Source: Spongospora subterranea f. sp. subterranea
Taxonomy: Eukaryota
DNA length: 64,000 nt
Direction of reading: 5' to 3'
Assembly: GCA_049724395.1 (NCBI GenBank)
Contig: JAUGWO010000011.1
Location: 1 to 64,000 of the forward strand
Shown: piece after piece, positions 24,720-37,754 of the stretch
Layout: every line of letters starts with the position of its first letter
How positions within the stretch are numbered: position 1 is the first letter of the stretch
The notes under the pieces: generated by a model
The model's input: only the letters and a program-made list of their open reading frames with translations
Told to the model about the DNA's origin: nothing
The model's database searches: none
Program-made: the position numbers and the translations under genes

Positions 24720-24975
24720 AAGGCCTCTCTTGAAATTCTATTTCAGGCAGATTACGCCCTTCCTTGAATAACGGATTGGCAACATTCCTGGCGGTCATCA
24801 GTTCCTCGACGTGTCGCAATGGAAAACCTTGTGGATTTGGCGTTGGTATTCATAACAAATTCCGTGACGTCCGTTTTATGAGTTGCCATGTGCCGATTGG
24901 GATAATTCATCGACACGCAAACGATTTAAATCAAACTGGACAAACGGACGGTAGCTGCACAAGATCGCTGCCGCA
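24720..24975. repeat. Dispersed repeat, reverse-complement copy at ~36764-37026
   Basis: Both encode RHVEELMxARNVANPLFK...LPEIExQER on opposite strands; nucleotide similarity is visible throughout. Confidence 0.88.
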
Positions 24976-25099
24976 ACTACCTGAAATAGAGTTGCAAGAG
25001 AGGCCTTGGTGATGGATCCAAGATTTTCAAGAAAAAAACAACATTGTTAGCCGGAAGCAAACCAGGAAATTGTTAAGCAGGAACAAATTGAGAAAGCAG

Positions 25100-26000
25100 T
25101 GGCGTACCATCTTGGGCAGTGAAGAGAGATTTTGCTGCGGGTGTGTGCTCCAAGACGACCTGATTGAGAGCATTAATGAACCGCATTTCGTCGTCAATGT
25201 TGACAATGGTCGGACATTGGGATTCAAAGGTGACCAAGAAATCAAGTTAGCTGATGTTGTTTCTGGAGGTGGTCGTGCGAATCACCGGAGGGCCATCTTC
25301 TCATATTGAAGCTTTGATGACGATTTTTCAAAACACAAAACGCAGTTACCCTATAAAAACTATTACGAAAAACGTTCCGAGCGCGTATTACCGTACGAGC
25401 CCGACAGGATGGGTGGACAGGACCGTTTTTACCTCAATGGGTCGCAGAACGTAAAGCATGTCTGTCGACATTCACGGTCGGGAGAAAGTGAGTTTTCTTG
25501 ACAACTGTGGCGGGCACAATAGAACTACGGAACTCCAATAAGCTTTGAACGGAAAGAGGACCTGTTTACCACCGTGCGCGACACACTTGTGTCAACCAGC
25601 AGACTCTTTCGAAGGTTAGAGATGCTCGGTCACCCTGGTGAGAGGCCAAGAATAGCCAACATGGTGTTGAATGGGCAATGGTCCATGAAGAAACGCCAGG
25701 TCGTCGTGGTCGAGGAAACTAACAATCCCAGGCAAAGAGTTTTCCCTACAGTTGGCGGCCGACGCGGTGCGGGATGTAAATAGTCAGAGGGATGTCGCCG
25801 GTCTGACATATGCGCGTATAGCCATGATTAGGTGTGGACTCGTTCGCGATGTGAATGGAGATTTGGAACGAAGCGCAATTAACGCCGGAGCTCCAGGCAA
25901 CTGTTTGGAAAACACCGAGCAAACATTGATGGCGTGCCCCTTTGAACTTAACAATCCCCATGAATTCAACTTCAATGTGAGATTGCACGTAGGCTGACTC
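25100..26000 (+). mobile_element. Degenerate pogo/Tc5-like (DDE_1) transposase relic
   Basis: ESINEPHFVVNVDNGRTLGFKGDQEIKLADVVSGG and LQLAADAVRDVNSQRD...YARIAMIRCGL; paralog of 43380-44720; multiple frameshifts. Confidence 0.75.
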
Positions 26001-27482
26001 GACTCGGTTCATTACAGTGATTGCACTTAAATTCCCTTCCTGCTGCGGCTGCATCGAACTGTAGGAAAAACTCGTTGCCGTTGCTTTCGAATATATAGAC
26101 GACGACAGAATTTGACGACAGAACCTCAGTCATTGCAGTCTGTACTTAAAATCGCTCTCCGCAATTATCACTAATTTTCAGTTCCGCACCCAAAATAGTG
26201 TGGGCAGGGATTATTATACTGTGACCCGCACTAATTCGGGTGCCCAGACGTGTATGCCGTGGACAAGTTTCACAGCAGAACGGGTAAATCAGCTCGGGTC
26301 ACCTCTCTTCTCTATAGTGTGTCGACATGTTTTGACCCCAGGCTGGTGACCGCGAATCTAACCGATTTCCATACTGCTCCTGTCCGTAAAAAATATATTT
26401 CTGTCGGGCGTGCTGCGATAGTCTGGAACCGATTCAGTAGTTGCCTGATTCACCAGAGTTATTACCGTTGAAAATCTTTTACTATTTCAGCGTGAACGCG
26501 ACAGATTTGGCCCCGAAAATAAGTATAGTACTCTTGTCGACTTAGAATCCTGCTTCATCTCAGGCTGATGATCGGACTGAAAATACTGTCGATGAAAACC
26601 GGATCGAGATAATCGCCAAAACGGAAGAGCATCAGTCAGCGCAACCATCACTGACTGTGAATTGTGAAACGCAGCGCGGCCGCCAGCGAATCACATTTCG
26701 AACCGCTATTGGAAGTAACGAAACACATGGGAATATGAAATTTAGAGGGTTGCCCGGTGACCAACATATACGAGTAATGGATTTGAATCACCCAGTTGTG
26801 ACACGGGAACGTTTTCTCTATACTAACTGCTCGGTCAACAACATCTCTCGCATTTTTCAAACATGGTTTGGGCGGTTTGGTCACAATTCGGGAATTGCAT
26901 CACATGGCGTTTTTAGAGGCGGGCAGCACGGTTGACAAACGAGCGTGCTTTGAAATCTCTTAATAAAATCTTACCGGCCTTGCTCCAAATTAAAAAAATA
27001 GGGCTGAGGGGTATTCCTGTCGTTGCATCACCATTTGAGCATGAATACAAGCTTGGGCATGGACTGAGTTAAAGACTTTGATGATTTATTTCGACATCGT
27101 TTCAATGCTAGACCAGCTATCCAGGCCATTGATGGCGATTGAATGGTCCCCAGTTTGGTCAACGTCTGTACTGTAGTTACCGACTGAGGTCTCAACAGAA
27201 GCTGCAGATGGCCGTACCAAGCATGGTTGCAGATATATAATAGAACAGTCTTGCTGTGAAGCCCTGTGTGCAATGAGAGCTGATGCGGGTGACGGGCAGC
27301 CCCATTCCCTGATCAGTCAACACAATCTCCTTCCCCAAACCGCTCCCGTCTTCCCACAGCTTCTGGCCCTCAGTCATCTATCTGTCCCAGCCCTCCGCAT
27401 GACCTGTTACCGCTACACTACAGAACTCGAGTCACACCTCGCTCATAAATCGCATTCGTCAACATTGTCGATATTTTGCTGA

Positions 27483-30400
27483 ATGGATTCGGGTCCTGGA
27501 CCGCCGCCCCTGGTTCAATGCACCACTCTTATGAAGTTTATCGCCCAACAACCGTTGCTGGAGGAGCGAATTCCGCTCGGTAGAAGTTTGGTGGAATTAT
27601 GCCTGCTAAACAGGCAACTACTCCCCATTGTTGCTCAGTCGATGGAGTTCCTCTCTCTCGTTCCATCTCTTCTAGAGTTGCCAAATATGAGGACATTTAT
27701 TGTTGCATTTTTGAGCATCGCTCCGCCAGATGCTGCACCTGTTATCAAAATTTTGCAGCAGATGTTGTCAACTGGAAATCGATCAGATTTGGTGTTGACT
27801 ATTTGCCGTCAATATTTGGAATCAACAGATATTCAGGACGCTTTCAAGGCATACTTCCTAGTTGATCAAGGTATGCTGTCGTGTTTCATCGATATGCTAT
27901 CTTCGATTTCAAGTGCGGACCTGTTTCGTAACCTGATCAGGGTTATTGGCTCGGCTTTAGCCTATTGCGCCGCAGCCCGCCAAAGTTGCCACTTTTTCAA
28001 TAGTTTCCGGTTAATTGAGGCTGCTGTTCTGAAATCTGAACTTATCCAAACTCCAGAAAATGCAGACCCACTCATTTTGTCTTTTTTTTTGTCCGCGCTG
28101 CACCAGTCATCGTCGGAGTTCGATGCTCTGTGGAACAGCGATCTCTCTTCTCTCAGCCCGGGCATCATTGGAAGTATTCCAATTATTCCCATCATTGTAA
28201 AATTGTTGCCATATTGCAGTAATTGTGCTCAACGTGACGTTTTCAGCCTTCTTCAAAAATGTCTCTCTCAGTTTGAGATAAATGTTATTTTGATGATGTC
28301 ATTACCATCAATAACCGACGCTTTTTTGGTACAGTTTTCGTCTATACTGCAGGATGAGTCTGATCTTAGGTGGAAACCCTTTCTATCATTGTTAAAGATC
28401 CTTCTTACTTATCGTCCTTCGCCTGTGTGTGTTAATCGGTTTCTGGACGCTGTTGACAAATCACCGCATTTGGTGGGGTTTTTGGTGGAAGAACTCCTGT
28501 TACCTGGCGCCAAAATACCATTTATTCAGTTCGACCTTGGCACGTCAGGGGCGTCCTGTATGATCACACAAATATCGGACGTTGAGCAATGGCCCCCTCC
28601 AAAAGGGTACAGTATTGCGTTGTGGTTTTACATTGATTCTCAAGCTAGTGATATACATCTTTTCGCCATTCTAGGCCAGTTTGCCGTATTTGTAAAAGGT
28701 GGCCATCTGTATCTGGAATGTGGCTCCACCTTGATCCCGATAATGGATTTCGAATGGGTCGCAGGGATATGGTATCACCTGGTGCTAACGCACGAAAGAA
28801 AACTACTACAGTCCTCAATGATGACAGTTTATGTGAATGGTGAAACAATCCAGTCACTAAAGCTTCCATATCCCAACACTTGGGGAACTCAACCAGGACA
28901 AAGCGGAGCAAGTGGAAAATTCACTTTCGTGATTGGGACGTGGCCTGATTTACAGCAACCCAAATCTGACACACGATGGAAGGTAACGTCATGCACACTT
29001 CTAAACGTGGCAGTTACCTCACCAATTGCTGCCAAATGGTTTGCGTTGGGAAGACAAGCAATAATGGTGGGCGGCGCCCAAAGAGTCTTCAATCACACTG
29101 CAGAATATTTACAGGCTAGTTCTGCGATAGAGCTAGCGCTACTAGCCACACATCCAATCCCTGAAAGATCCCAACATTCACGATCAGTCAGCTTACTATC
29201 TGCTGCATCACTTTCTGACCAACTAATTCCCGGTTCATCATTTATTGCAATGGTACATGCTCAACATTCGCGGATTGTACCATTCCCATGCAAAGATGTC
29301 GATTATATGTTTCTTATTAGTTCATGTACTGCACATATTCAAGATGATTCCCAAAGCATGGGGCACGTTGCCGTATACTCTCCAATTGGAATAGCGGCAG
29401 CCTCAACTAGTGTAGGCAGCATTAGCCATTTTCTTCGTTTCCTGAGCAAATCTCGCACTCCAGATGAGTTAAATCAGTGGCTTCTCGCAATCACCCTCTT
29501 GTTGCGTGATTGTACTGATTTTATCAGGAAAATGACTGTCCAATCGGAATACATCTCGCTTGCGTCCCTTCTAAAGAAGTTATGCACTCTTTGGGACAGT
29601 AAAACTGTAGATTTGGTTCTGGCTATCATTGGGCTCTACAGCAGAGGCAAAAGTGGCCGTATTGTAAACACCTGGGCTCTTGATAGTTTAGTTATGGATA
29701 TGAATGTTTGGATCAATACCTCTCCTACAGTGCAGAAGCTCTTGATCACAACATTGGAAGAGGCCATCGTTTTCAATACTGCTTCCCAACAAAATCTAAA
29801 GGCAATTGAGTCCATTGGAAATCCTGTTCCTAGAATCGTATCGGTCTTAGGCGAGGAGGACTTGGCAGAAGAAACTGAAATTGGCCTGACACGGCTTCTC
29901 GGGATATTCATTTCATCATCAACTAACCCAGAAAATTTTGCGATTGTATGTGATTCGGCTATTGCTGCTGTCCAGCTGCAACCCAGCCAATCTAATGGTG
30001 ATAAGGTCGATTACAGTCAGGAATCAAGCCCGATATCGGTTCCCAGCAGCCCTTATAGTGTCAACTCTCCGGGGTCAACACATTCATGGACAGCTTCGGT
30101 AAAGCTGAAGTCGCATTCCGTGTGGGCTGATAACCGGAGACACCGGTTACTTGAGATGTTGTTATCTCTTGTACGGCAGGCGTTTGAGAGTGGGAATGTC
30201 GCCCAACTTGGGGTTTACGCCAACTCCATGGATGCGTATTTTATTTGCATTTTGGTGGAAGGAGGACGGAATCCGCAAAGACGAACTGTTCTAGTAGCGT
30301 TGCAACTGATGAATCTATTCTTTCTCAAGCAACCGTTGATGGCAGATAATTTTTTCAAGTCAGGTTCATTTCATATTCTTTTCAAAACGCTACGGCCATT

Positions 30401-33400
30401 TTGTTCATACCCAGAAGTTTTCTCAATGCTTTTATTGATGCTTTCTGGCAGACCGTATTTTGAATTTTCTGACCAGTTACCTCAAACGCCCTTAGAAACC
30501 ATGTCTGTAAAAGAGTTGACCAAGGTTATCATCAGCCAATCAGCAGAATCTCGCGCTATTTGCTTCCCCGGTGCAGCTCATATATTGGTTAGTTTAATCG
30601 TTTTTGGCGCAACTCACGTAAAAAGGCCATCAATTATGGATAGACATGGGTCTGTATCTGCTCTGCGTCCTTCCTCAATTGGCGTTTCTCGACGCGATTC
30701 AAACCATTCCGTTACTGTTAATACGCAAACTTTGATATCTTCTCCAATGTCGCGGCGTTCGATGTCTCCCGTTATTTCTCGGGTGCCTCAGCTGAATATC
30801 CCAGACGACGATGCTGCCATATTGCCCTTAGGTCAGGTCACCTCGCCTGCTCTGGATGACAAAAGGTTTTCGGACGACTCTTTTGTCTATCACAAAACTC
30901 ATGAGAAGTTGGCTGAAACCTCATCAAGGACCAACAGTTCTCGGAGATCGAAACCCAACGATGCTGTCAATTCAGATCTGCTCATTGATTCTATTCAAGC
31001 CATCACAGAAATTATTGCTTTGTCTTCTTCTTCCTCTATCAATGCTGATCCACTAGGTTCTTTGTATGAAATTTCTATCATCAAGCAGGTCGCAGATGCG
31101 AGATTTGTCTTTGAGAGCGATGTCTTGGGCGGAGAACATTTGAGTAAAGAGGTAAGTAGCTAAACTATATTCAAAGGTTTCCGATTAAATGGGTTTTTTT
31201 AAAGATGGAGAAACTGCTTGTATGGCTGTTATACAAAACGTTGTTCCTCTCCCGTTCCGATCCGCTAAGTCTACTACGTCGTGCATTGTGTCTCGTTCCT
31301 TTTAATATTAGCGAAGCTGCGTTGAATGCGTACCAGTCTAGAATCATCGTTGCGCTTTTTGAGCGAATATCTGAACACGGTTGCAACCAATCTGATCTTC
31401 AGCAAAACGCTTCTTTACGCTCAAGCTTCTTCGCAATGATCCAATATATGGCTGAACATATATACCTAGGAAGATATTCACAAGATGTGCTTGAAAAAAC
31501 GGCGTATTGCCTTTCTCTGCACCGTTTACTGGAACGCGACCAATTTTCCGCCAGTCAAGGTGATTTAATCTCAAGTGCACTATTGGAAGCCTCTAGACGA
31601 ATGATATTGTTTCGGTTGTCGCGGCGCGATCAGGAACACTCCGGAGAGCTGTACCAGCTTATTTTTGAACATGCTCATCTGTTATGTGTTTCGGATGATG
31701 AAGATTTTGTAGTTTCTGTTCTTTATCATGCTACTCTTCAACTGATTAATGGAGATGGAAATTCGCAACATATTTGCGCGAAGATCTGGCATTGGGTTGC
31801 GCTGAGACATTTCTCGCTTTTTGAATCTCTCATCGTTTTCAGCTATCGGTTGGAAGGGGATCCTGATATATACACGCTTGATTTGCTAGAAAACGGGTTT
31901 TCCAGGCTGATGCAGGATAGGTACTCATCTTTTTTATCGTGGCTCAGCTCCGAAAACAACCGAAACTCTGTCATGTTTATGGCAACCACGATGTTGGAGC
32001 CAGTATGGAAGTTATATGAATCTGTTCGAAAGCGGGATACATTAGATCAAAAAAGTGAGAGAGATGCTGCCATTGCGCAATTCACTGAACAAGATAATAA
32101 CCGTCTTGAACGAGACGCGGGGGCACAAGTCGATATGGAATTTGCAGTTCTCCACCATTTACAAAAAGCCAGAGAGAGAGAAGTTTTGCGTTTACTGTCA
32201 TTGAAGCAAATTGCGAAGGAAGCTGAAAAGGCTAACGCCTGTCGCTGGAGTTCTCATCTTGACAACCTGAATCGGACAGTGGCCTGTCAGGCACTGTCTT
32301 GGACTCAACACGACGATGTTCCATCAGTGACCTGGGAAGACTTATGGACACTTGATCTTATTCAAGGCCCCAACAGGACTCGCTCGAAATTAAAGCGCCG
32401 TGCGCAAGTCCATCATGAGCTTACAATTCAGGAAAACCGAAAGCAAGCGCCTTCGAATGAACTTATCAAGGCTGCCGATAGTAAAGAAAGCCCTGCACCA
32501 GCAAACAAAAGGGAAGATGAGTTTCTCAACGTTCCTGATCCATCTTCTGCTAAACATGCTTCAACACAAAGTCATTCCGGTCCGCTGACGTCAAGGCGCC
32601 GGCCACTTAACCAATATCATTCGCGATCACGACTCTCTAGCGTTTCTCTTGCCCATTTATTACCAGCATTGCATTCACCACGTGAAGCCTCCAGCGAATC
32701 TCAAAATAACGACGCTGTGATCAGCGATTTCTGGCTTCGGGGCGAGCAAAGACTCAAAATCATGCTTGAAGCAGAAACCGATATCCAAGCGTTTTACCCG
32801 TGCCGGAAGGTTATCGGCCTTGATGAAAAAGAATGCATATTCGTTCTTTGTCCTAATTCAATGTCTCTCATTATTGGATATCGCATCAATGAGAACGGGG
32901 ACGTTACTCCGGTGACACCATCAAAAAAGAAACAAGCCAAATCGAACTGGGCACACGACGCAAAATTAAGCCCTCAAGTGAACGCCGACAATGACACTAA
33001 CTTACCTTCAAATGCACGGTTCACCTTTGATCAGATAGCCCATTTAACTAAGTGCCGATATCTTCTGCACCCTTCGGGGCTTGATATTTCCTTCATCGAT
33101 GGTAACAATTTTTTGCTTGTATTCTCTGTATCCGATAGGCAAGACGTGTATGATCTACTTATTGCCTCTTGGTATGTTGCATTTGTAGTGAATGCCCCGT
33201 CAATAACTGAGAGTCTTATTAGCCCCAGATTAGTAGATCCTGATTCGACCGCAACTTTGTTTAATAGTGGTAATGGGCCAAGTGGTGCTCCCTGGTCCAT
33301 TTTAATACTGTTTTTTTTACTACAGAGAGTTCGCGACTCAATCGCTTAGTGAAAGCTACAACTAACACCTGGCTGCGAGGGCAGTTATCGAACTTTGACT

Positions 33401-35379
33401 ATTTGATGCAACTTTCGCTACTGTCGCAAAGGACCTTTAACGACCTTACCCAGTATCCTGTATTTCCATGGGTAGTTCAAGATTTTCATAGTGACGCTCT
33501 TGATTTGGAATCGGCAGCTACGTTTCGAGACTTACGTAAGCCTATAGGCGCACTGGACAGGGACAGAGAACAAATGTTCAGAGACCGGTACGATTCATGG
33601 GAGGATGATCAAATCCCAAAATTCAACTATGGCACACATTATTCTTCCGCCCCAGTAGTCCTCAATTTCTTGGTCCGTTTGGAACCGTTCACTTCTCAAT
33701 TCAAACGTTTACACAGCGGTCGATTCGATAAACCCGATCGAATGTTCCACGACTTAGGAGACTGCTGGAATGCGTGTTCAGGGCCGAATGCAGGCACCAG
33801 CGATGTCCGAGAGTTATTACCCGAATTCTATTTCATGCCAGAATTCCTTGTAAATGGTAAAAATCTTAATCTTGGCATTCGATCGTCCGGAATCGAAACA
33901 GATAACGTGGTCCTACCACCATGGGCTTCCGGTAGCCCGAGAAAGTTTATCTCCCTTCATCGCCAAGCTCTAGAATCTGACTATGTGTCTGCAAATATTC
34001 ATCATTGGATTGATCTAATTTATGGATACAAGCAGAAAGGTCCCGCTGCTGTGGAAGCATGTAATACTTTTTATTACACCAGTGTAGGATTCACATAATA
34101 TTTGTATTTTACATAGCTGATTTATTCACATCAGTATGAAGGACAAGTCGATTTTCAGTCTTTAGAAAACGACCCTGTCCGAAAATCGGCCCTGATTGAG
34201 CAAGTTAGAAGCTTTGGTCAGACACCGAAGCAACTGTTTACCAAACAGCACCCGGCACGCCAGGGTCGTACCGATCAGGCTCACTTGATCAGGTACTGTA
34301 AACATATTCAATTACTAGAAGCGAAACAGATGGGGAAGACAATCGGATGTATTGGATATACTTCTGATAGAATCAAAACATCGCCATTATTTTCGGCATT
34401 GATTGGACCTGCAAACGATATTTACGCCACTTGGGGCACGGTTGATGGAACAGTTCGCTTTTTTTCAACTGAACCTGAATCATACGCAAGAATGGCTATA
34501 ACTGGCGCTCATTCGCCTGGGGCCATTATTACCTGTGTTCACGTTTCGACTAACGGTTTGGCGTTAATAACCGGTGCTTCGGATTCAAGCATTGTTGTGT
34601 TCAAACGAAAAGGGTTGAAATCAGATGAAGTCTTTGTTAGAAGAGGCACTCTAGATGGTCACATCACGGCAATCGTCTCCTTAGCAATCTCTAGCGAATT
34701 CTCTATCATTGTATCTGCATCAGCAGACACGGTGATCCTGATTTGGGATTTGAATCGGCTCGAACCTGTGGCGAATGTTTTGCTACCACAGAATATCATC
34801 CAGTCATCAATTATCCTATCAGTTGACTGCATGGGAAATGGAGATATTGGTATTGGTTTCGGAGATGGTAATATTGCTATCTGGGATCGCAACTGTCATA
34901 AGGTCGCATCAACAACCAATGAGCGCGTATCTGTTGGCGCGATAATGTCACTACAGTTCTGTTCGTCGCACGTTGGGTGGTCGGCGTGTCTTATAAGTGG
35001 TCATTTTGATGGTAGCATCGTGGTCTGGTTTGCCGATTTTGATGGATCCATACATTGCGGTAGGATTTTGGGAAGCAGCGAACATAAGTCCCCTATCACA
35101 GCATTGACGGTGTCACCTGATCTGAACCAGTTCTGGTCTGGTGACACAGCTGGTTATGTTCTGAGTTGGGGAATACCTGCACCAATCTTAGCAGAGCTTC
35201 GTTGTGGGCCTGCCACTTCGGCAATATGCGGATTATGCAACAAGAAATCTCGGAAGGGAGCAGAAGGATTCGAGTTTTGCCATCTGTGCCAGTCTTTGTA
35301 TTGCTCGCAATGTTGGCTAGAACATTATAGGACAAAAGACAAACATAAATTATCGACTGTAATATTTAGAGCTCAATAA
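27483..35379 (+). CDS. Large BEACH-domain protein (ConA/LamG-like, PH-BEACH, WD40, C-terminal Cys-rich finger), WDFY3/LvsA-like
   Basis: WPPPKGYSIALWFYI...WYHLVLTH (LamG); WLRGQLSNFDYLMQL..QRTFNDLTQYPVFPWV, YGTHYSS, RLEPFT, DVRELLPEFY, ALESDYVSANIHHWIDLIYGYKQKG, FGQTPKQLF (BEACH); WD40 repeats in the last exon. Confidence 0.92.
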
Positions 35380-35399
35380 AATATTGATAAAGTGAGTAC

Positions 35400-36515
35400 T
35401 CATTTCTTTAAAGGATCGAACAGCATAATGATGGGATCAGTTTCAGTCGGGGGCTCCTCACATTTAAGATCATCACGAACCGCGATACTGCCAAATAACG
35501 AGGATAACCCGTTGGGATCTGAACCGAATGTAGTAGGATGCGAGTCTCGCGCTGCTATTAGATGAAACGGATCGCTTTCTGACTCCGTTGACGAGGACGA
35601 TGGCGGCACAGGTATGGAGGGCGGAGGGTCATGAGTAGGGCCACTCAGGAGAATATGAGGAACTCTCTCCTCCTCTAGAATGGAACGTTCATTTTTGGAC
35701 TCTTCTGCAGAAGACAAAACTCAAATACCGAATGTAATGGCTTTGACCTTGGCTTGAAGAGGTTCAGCTGGGAAATCTGAATAGTTTCGCTTGTTGTTGA
35801 TGATTTCTTGGCAACCATCATTTATCTGAAGTAATATATCTACGGTGGCTTCATGATCAAGCTCCATCAGGCACAGTAATACCCGATCTTGAATACTTCG
35901 TACAACCCTCATATCTTGACTAAACTTGATACGTTCGCAAGCGGTGATTAAATCCATTTTGAATTTATTGCCCCAATCTTGACGGCTAGTGCATGGATCA
36001 AATACCGACAAATCGCCAGGAAACTGGTCAATTAGAGCTTGATACGAACTGAGCGCCCAGGACGACAGTATCGCATGATTGCACCATGTTTTGATTAATA
36101 AGATAACGTCAGATCGAGAACGGGAGTTGGATCGAGCGATTGTTAATAGGGAGTTTAGACATGGATGACCTTGGAGGATTACACAGAGAGATGATTGAAG
36201 GGAAGAATTGCTCGTGAGATATGATAATAATTCTAGTGAGGATCTGGACGTTAGATTTGAGGTTATATAAGTGTCAATCTGGTCCAACACACTGGCGATA
36301 TCCTGATCAGTAATGTGTTGTGATGCAATTCCCTCCAAAATACACTGATAATGTCGGGCTCTGTCTGCTCGAGATTCAGGATTACCAGCGCATGCAAACT
36401 GTATATGGGATTCTATGGACATCAGCCCAATCTCAAATGGGAAGAACTGCACTTGTTCAGGGCTTTTCTTAAAGGGTTCACTACAGTCAAAGGGAAGGCG
36501 CCGGCGGAGCGCCAT
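35400..36515 (-). CDS. Putative VHS/GAT-type (TOM1-like) adaptor protein, divergent
   Basis: Long ORF plus intron (gtcaaagcc...ttctgcag near 35707-35750). VRSIQDRVLLCLMELDHEATVDILLQINDGCQEII resembles a GAT domain; Pro/Ser-rich tail with a DPF motif. Confidence 0.45.
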
Positions 36516-36677
36516 CCCATCACTATAACGCAGCCCGCACATGGAGATGATCGGCGGTAGTGGGGACTACAATGCGCCACATCAGAATCTATTTAACAAC
36601 AACGGACCCAAAATATTACCATTATGCGTTGCCGAGTTGTGGATTAGACTTATTTCGGAGAATCACAAACAGTATGG

Positions 36678-36830
36678 CGACGCAAACGATTTGAAGCAAA
36701 CTCGGCAAACGGCCGGTAAAACTGCACACGATCGCTGCCGCGAGCCCGGAAATGTGTCCAGAACTCGCGGCAGCGATCTTGTGCAGTTTTACCGACCGTT
36801 TGCCGAGTTTGCTTTAAATCGTTTGCGTCG
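36678..36830. repeat. Near-perfect hairpin, 67-bp arms, 19-nt loop
   Basis: 36678-36744 is the reverse complement of 36764-36830 with three differences. Confidence 0.92.
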
Positions 36831-37754
36831 ATGAATTATGCCAATTGCCACATGGCAACTCATAAGCGGACGTCGCGGAAGTTAAGAATACCAACGCCAA
36901 ATCCAACAAGGTTTTCCATTGCGGGAACGACACGTCGAGGAACTGATGATCGCCAGAAATGTTGCCAATCCGTTATTCAAGGTAGAGCATAGTCTGCCTG
37001 AAATAGAATTGCAAGAAAGAGGCCTGGATCATTGCTACAGAAGGTGAACGCGAACCTCGATTACGTGCATTGCTAATGATCGTATAACTTATCAAGTCTC
37101 CACCACTTTCTGCAAAATTCGCATTGAATGTTCCTTTTTGGCTGCCACTTATAATGTGTCATGCCAGCGTGCACATAATGCTTGGAGAGAATTTTGATTG
37201 ACATTTCGTAAGCCTTCGAAATTCGCTGGTCAACTCTTCATGCAGCCAAATCACTCAATCCGAACTGCACTTTCCTCGACCAGGCAACGCCAATACTCTC
37301 ACACGTTTTCCCTTCTGTAAATCTGTTACCATGTCGTAATACTTATCACTGTTTTTCCAACTTAACAAGAACAAATTGAACGGCAATTCCTGTGGAATCA
37401 GACAACCATCGATCCATAATTAGGAAAGATTTACTCAGAGAACGCGCAATAATAAACGCAATAACATCAATCAAAGCCCATACCGCAATCCTCGAAAAAT
37501 GACAAATGTGCTTTTTTGAGTTTCTCTGCTTACGAAGCCTATCGAAAATCGCTAAATTCTCCGTCTGCGTAGTAAAGTCTGTACTGTAGTCAGCCTTCAA
37601 AGGTCAATCGCTCTAGAAATAGCGCCAGATTGCCGACCCCGCGCAAGATTTTGCGTCGGAGGGGGTACGGTAGTGCAGTTCCAGTCCCAGTTCTGCGTTG
37701 TCTCTGTATCGTGTACAGCAGGCCCCCACCCACACTTCGGATCTTGACCCCAAT

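Noticed and set aside
26640..27480. Small divergent gene upstream of the BEACH gene
   Set aside because: Several short ORFs but no convincing exon chain or homology.
37100..37600. Small - strand ORF (37346-37600)
   Set aside because: TTG start and no recognisable family; cannot be supported.
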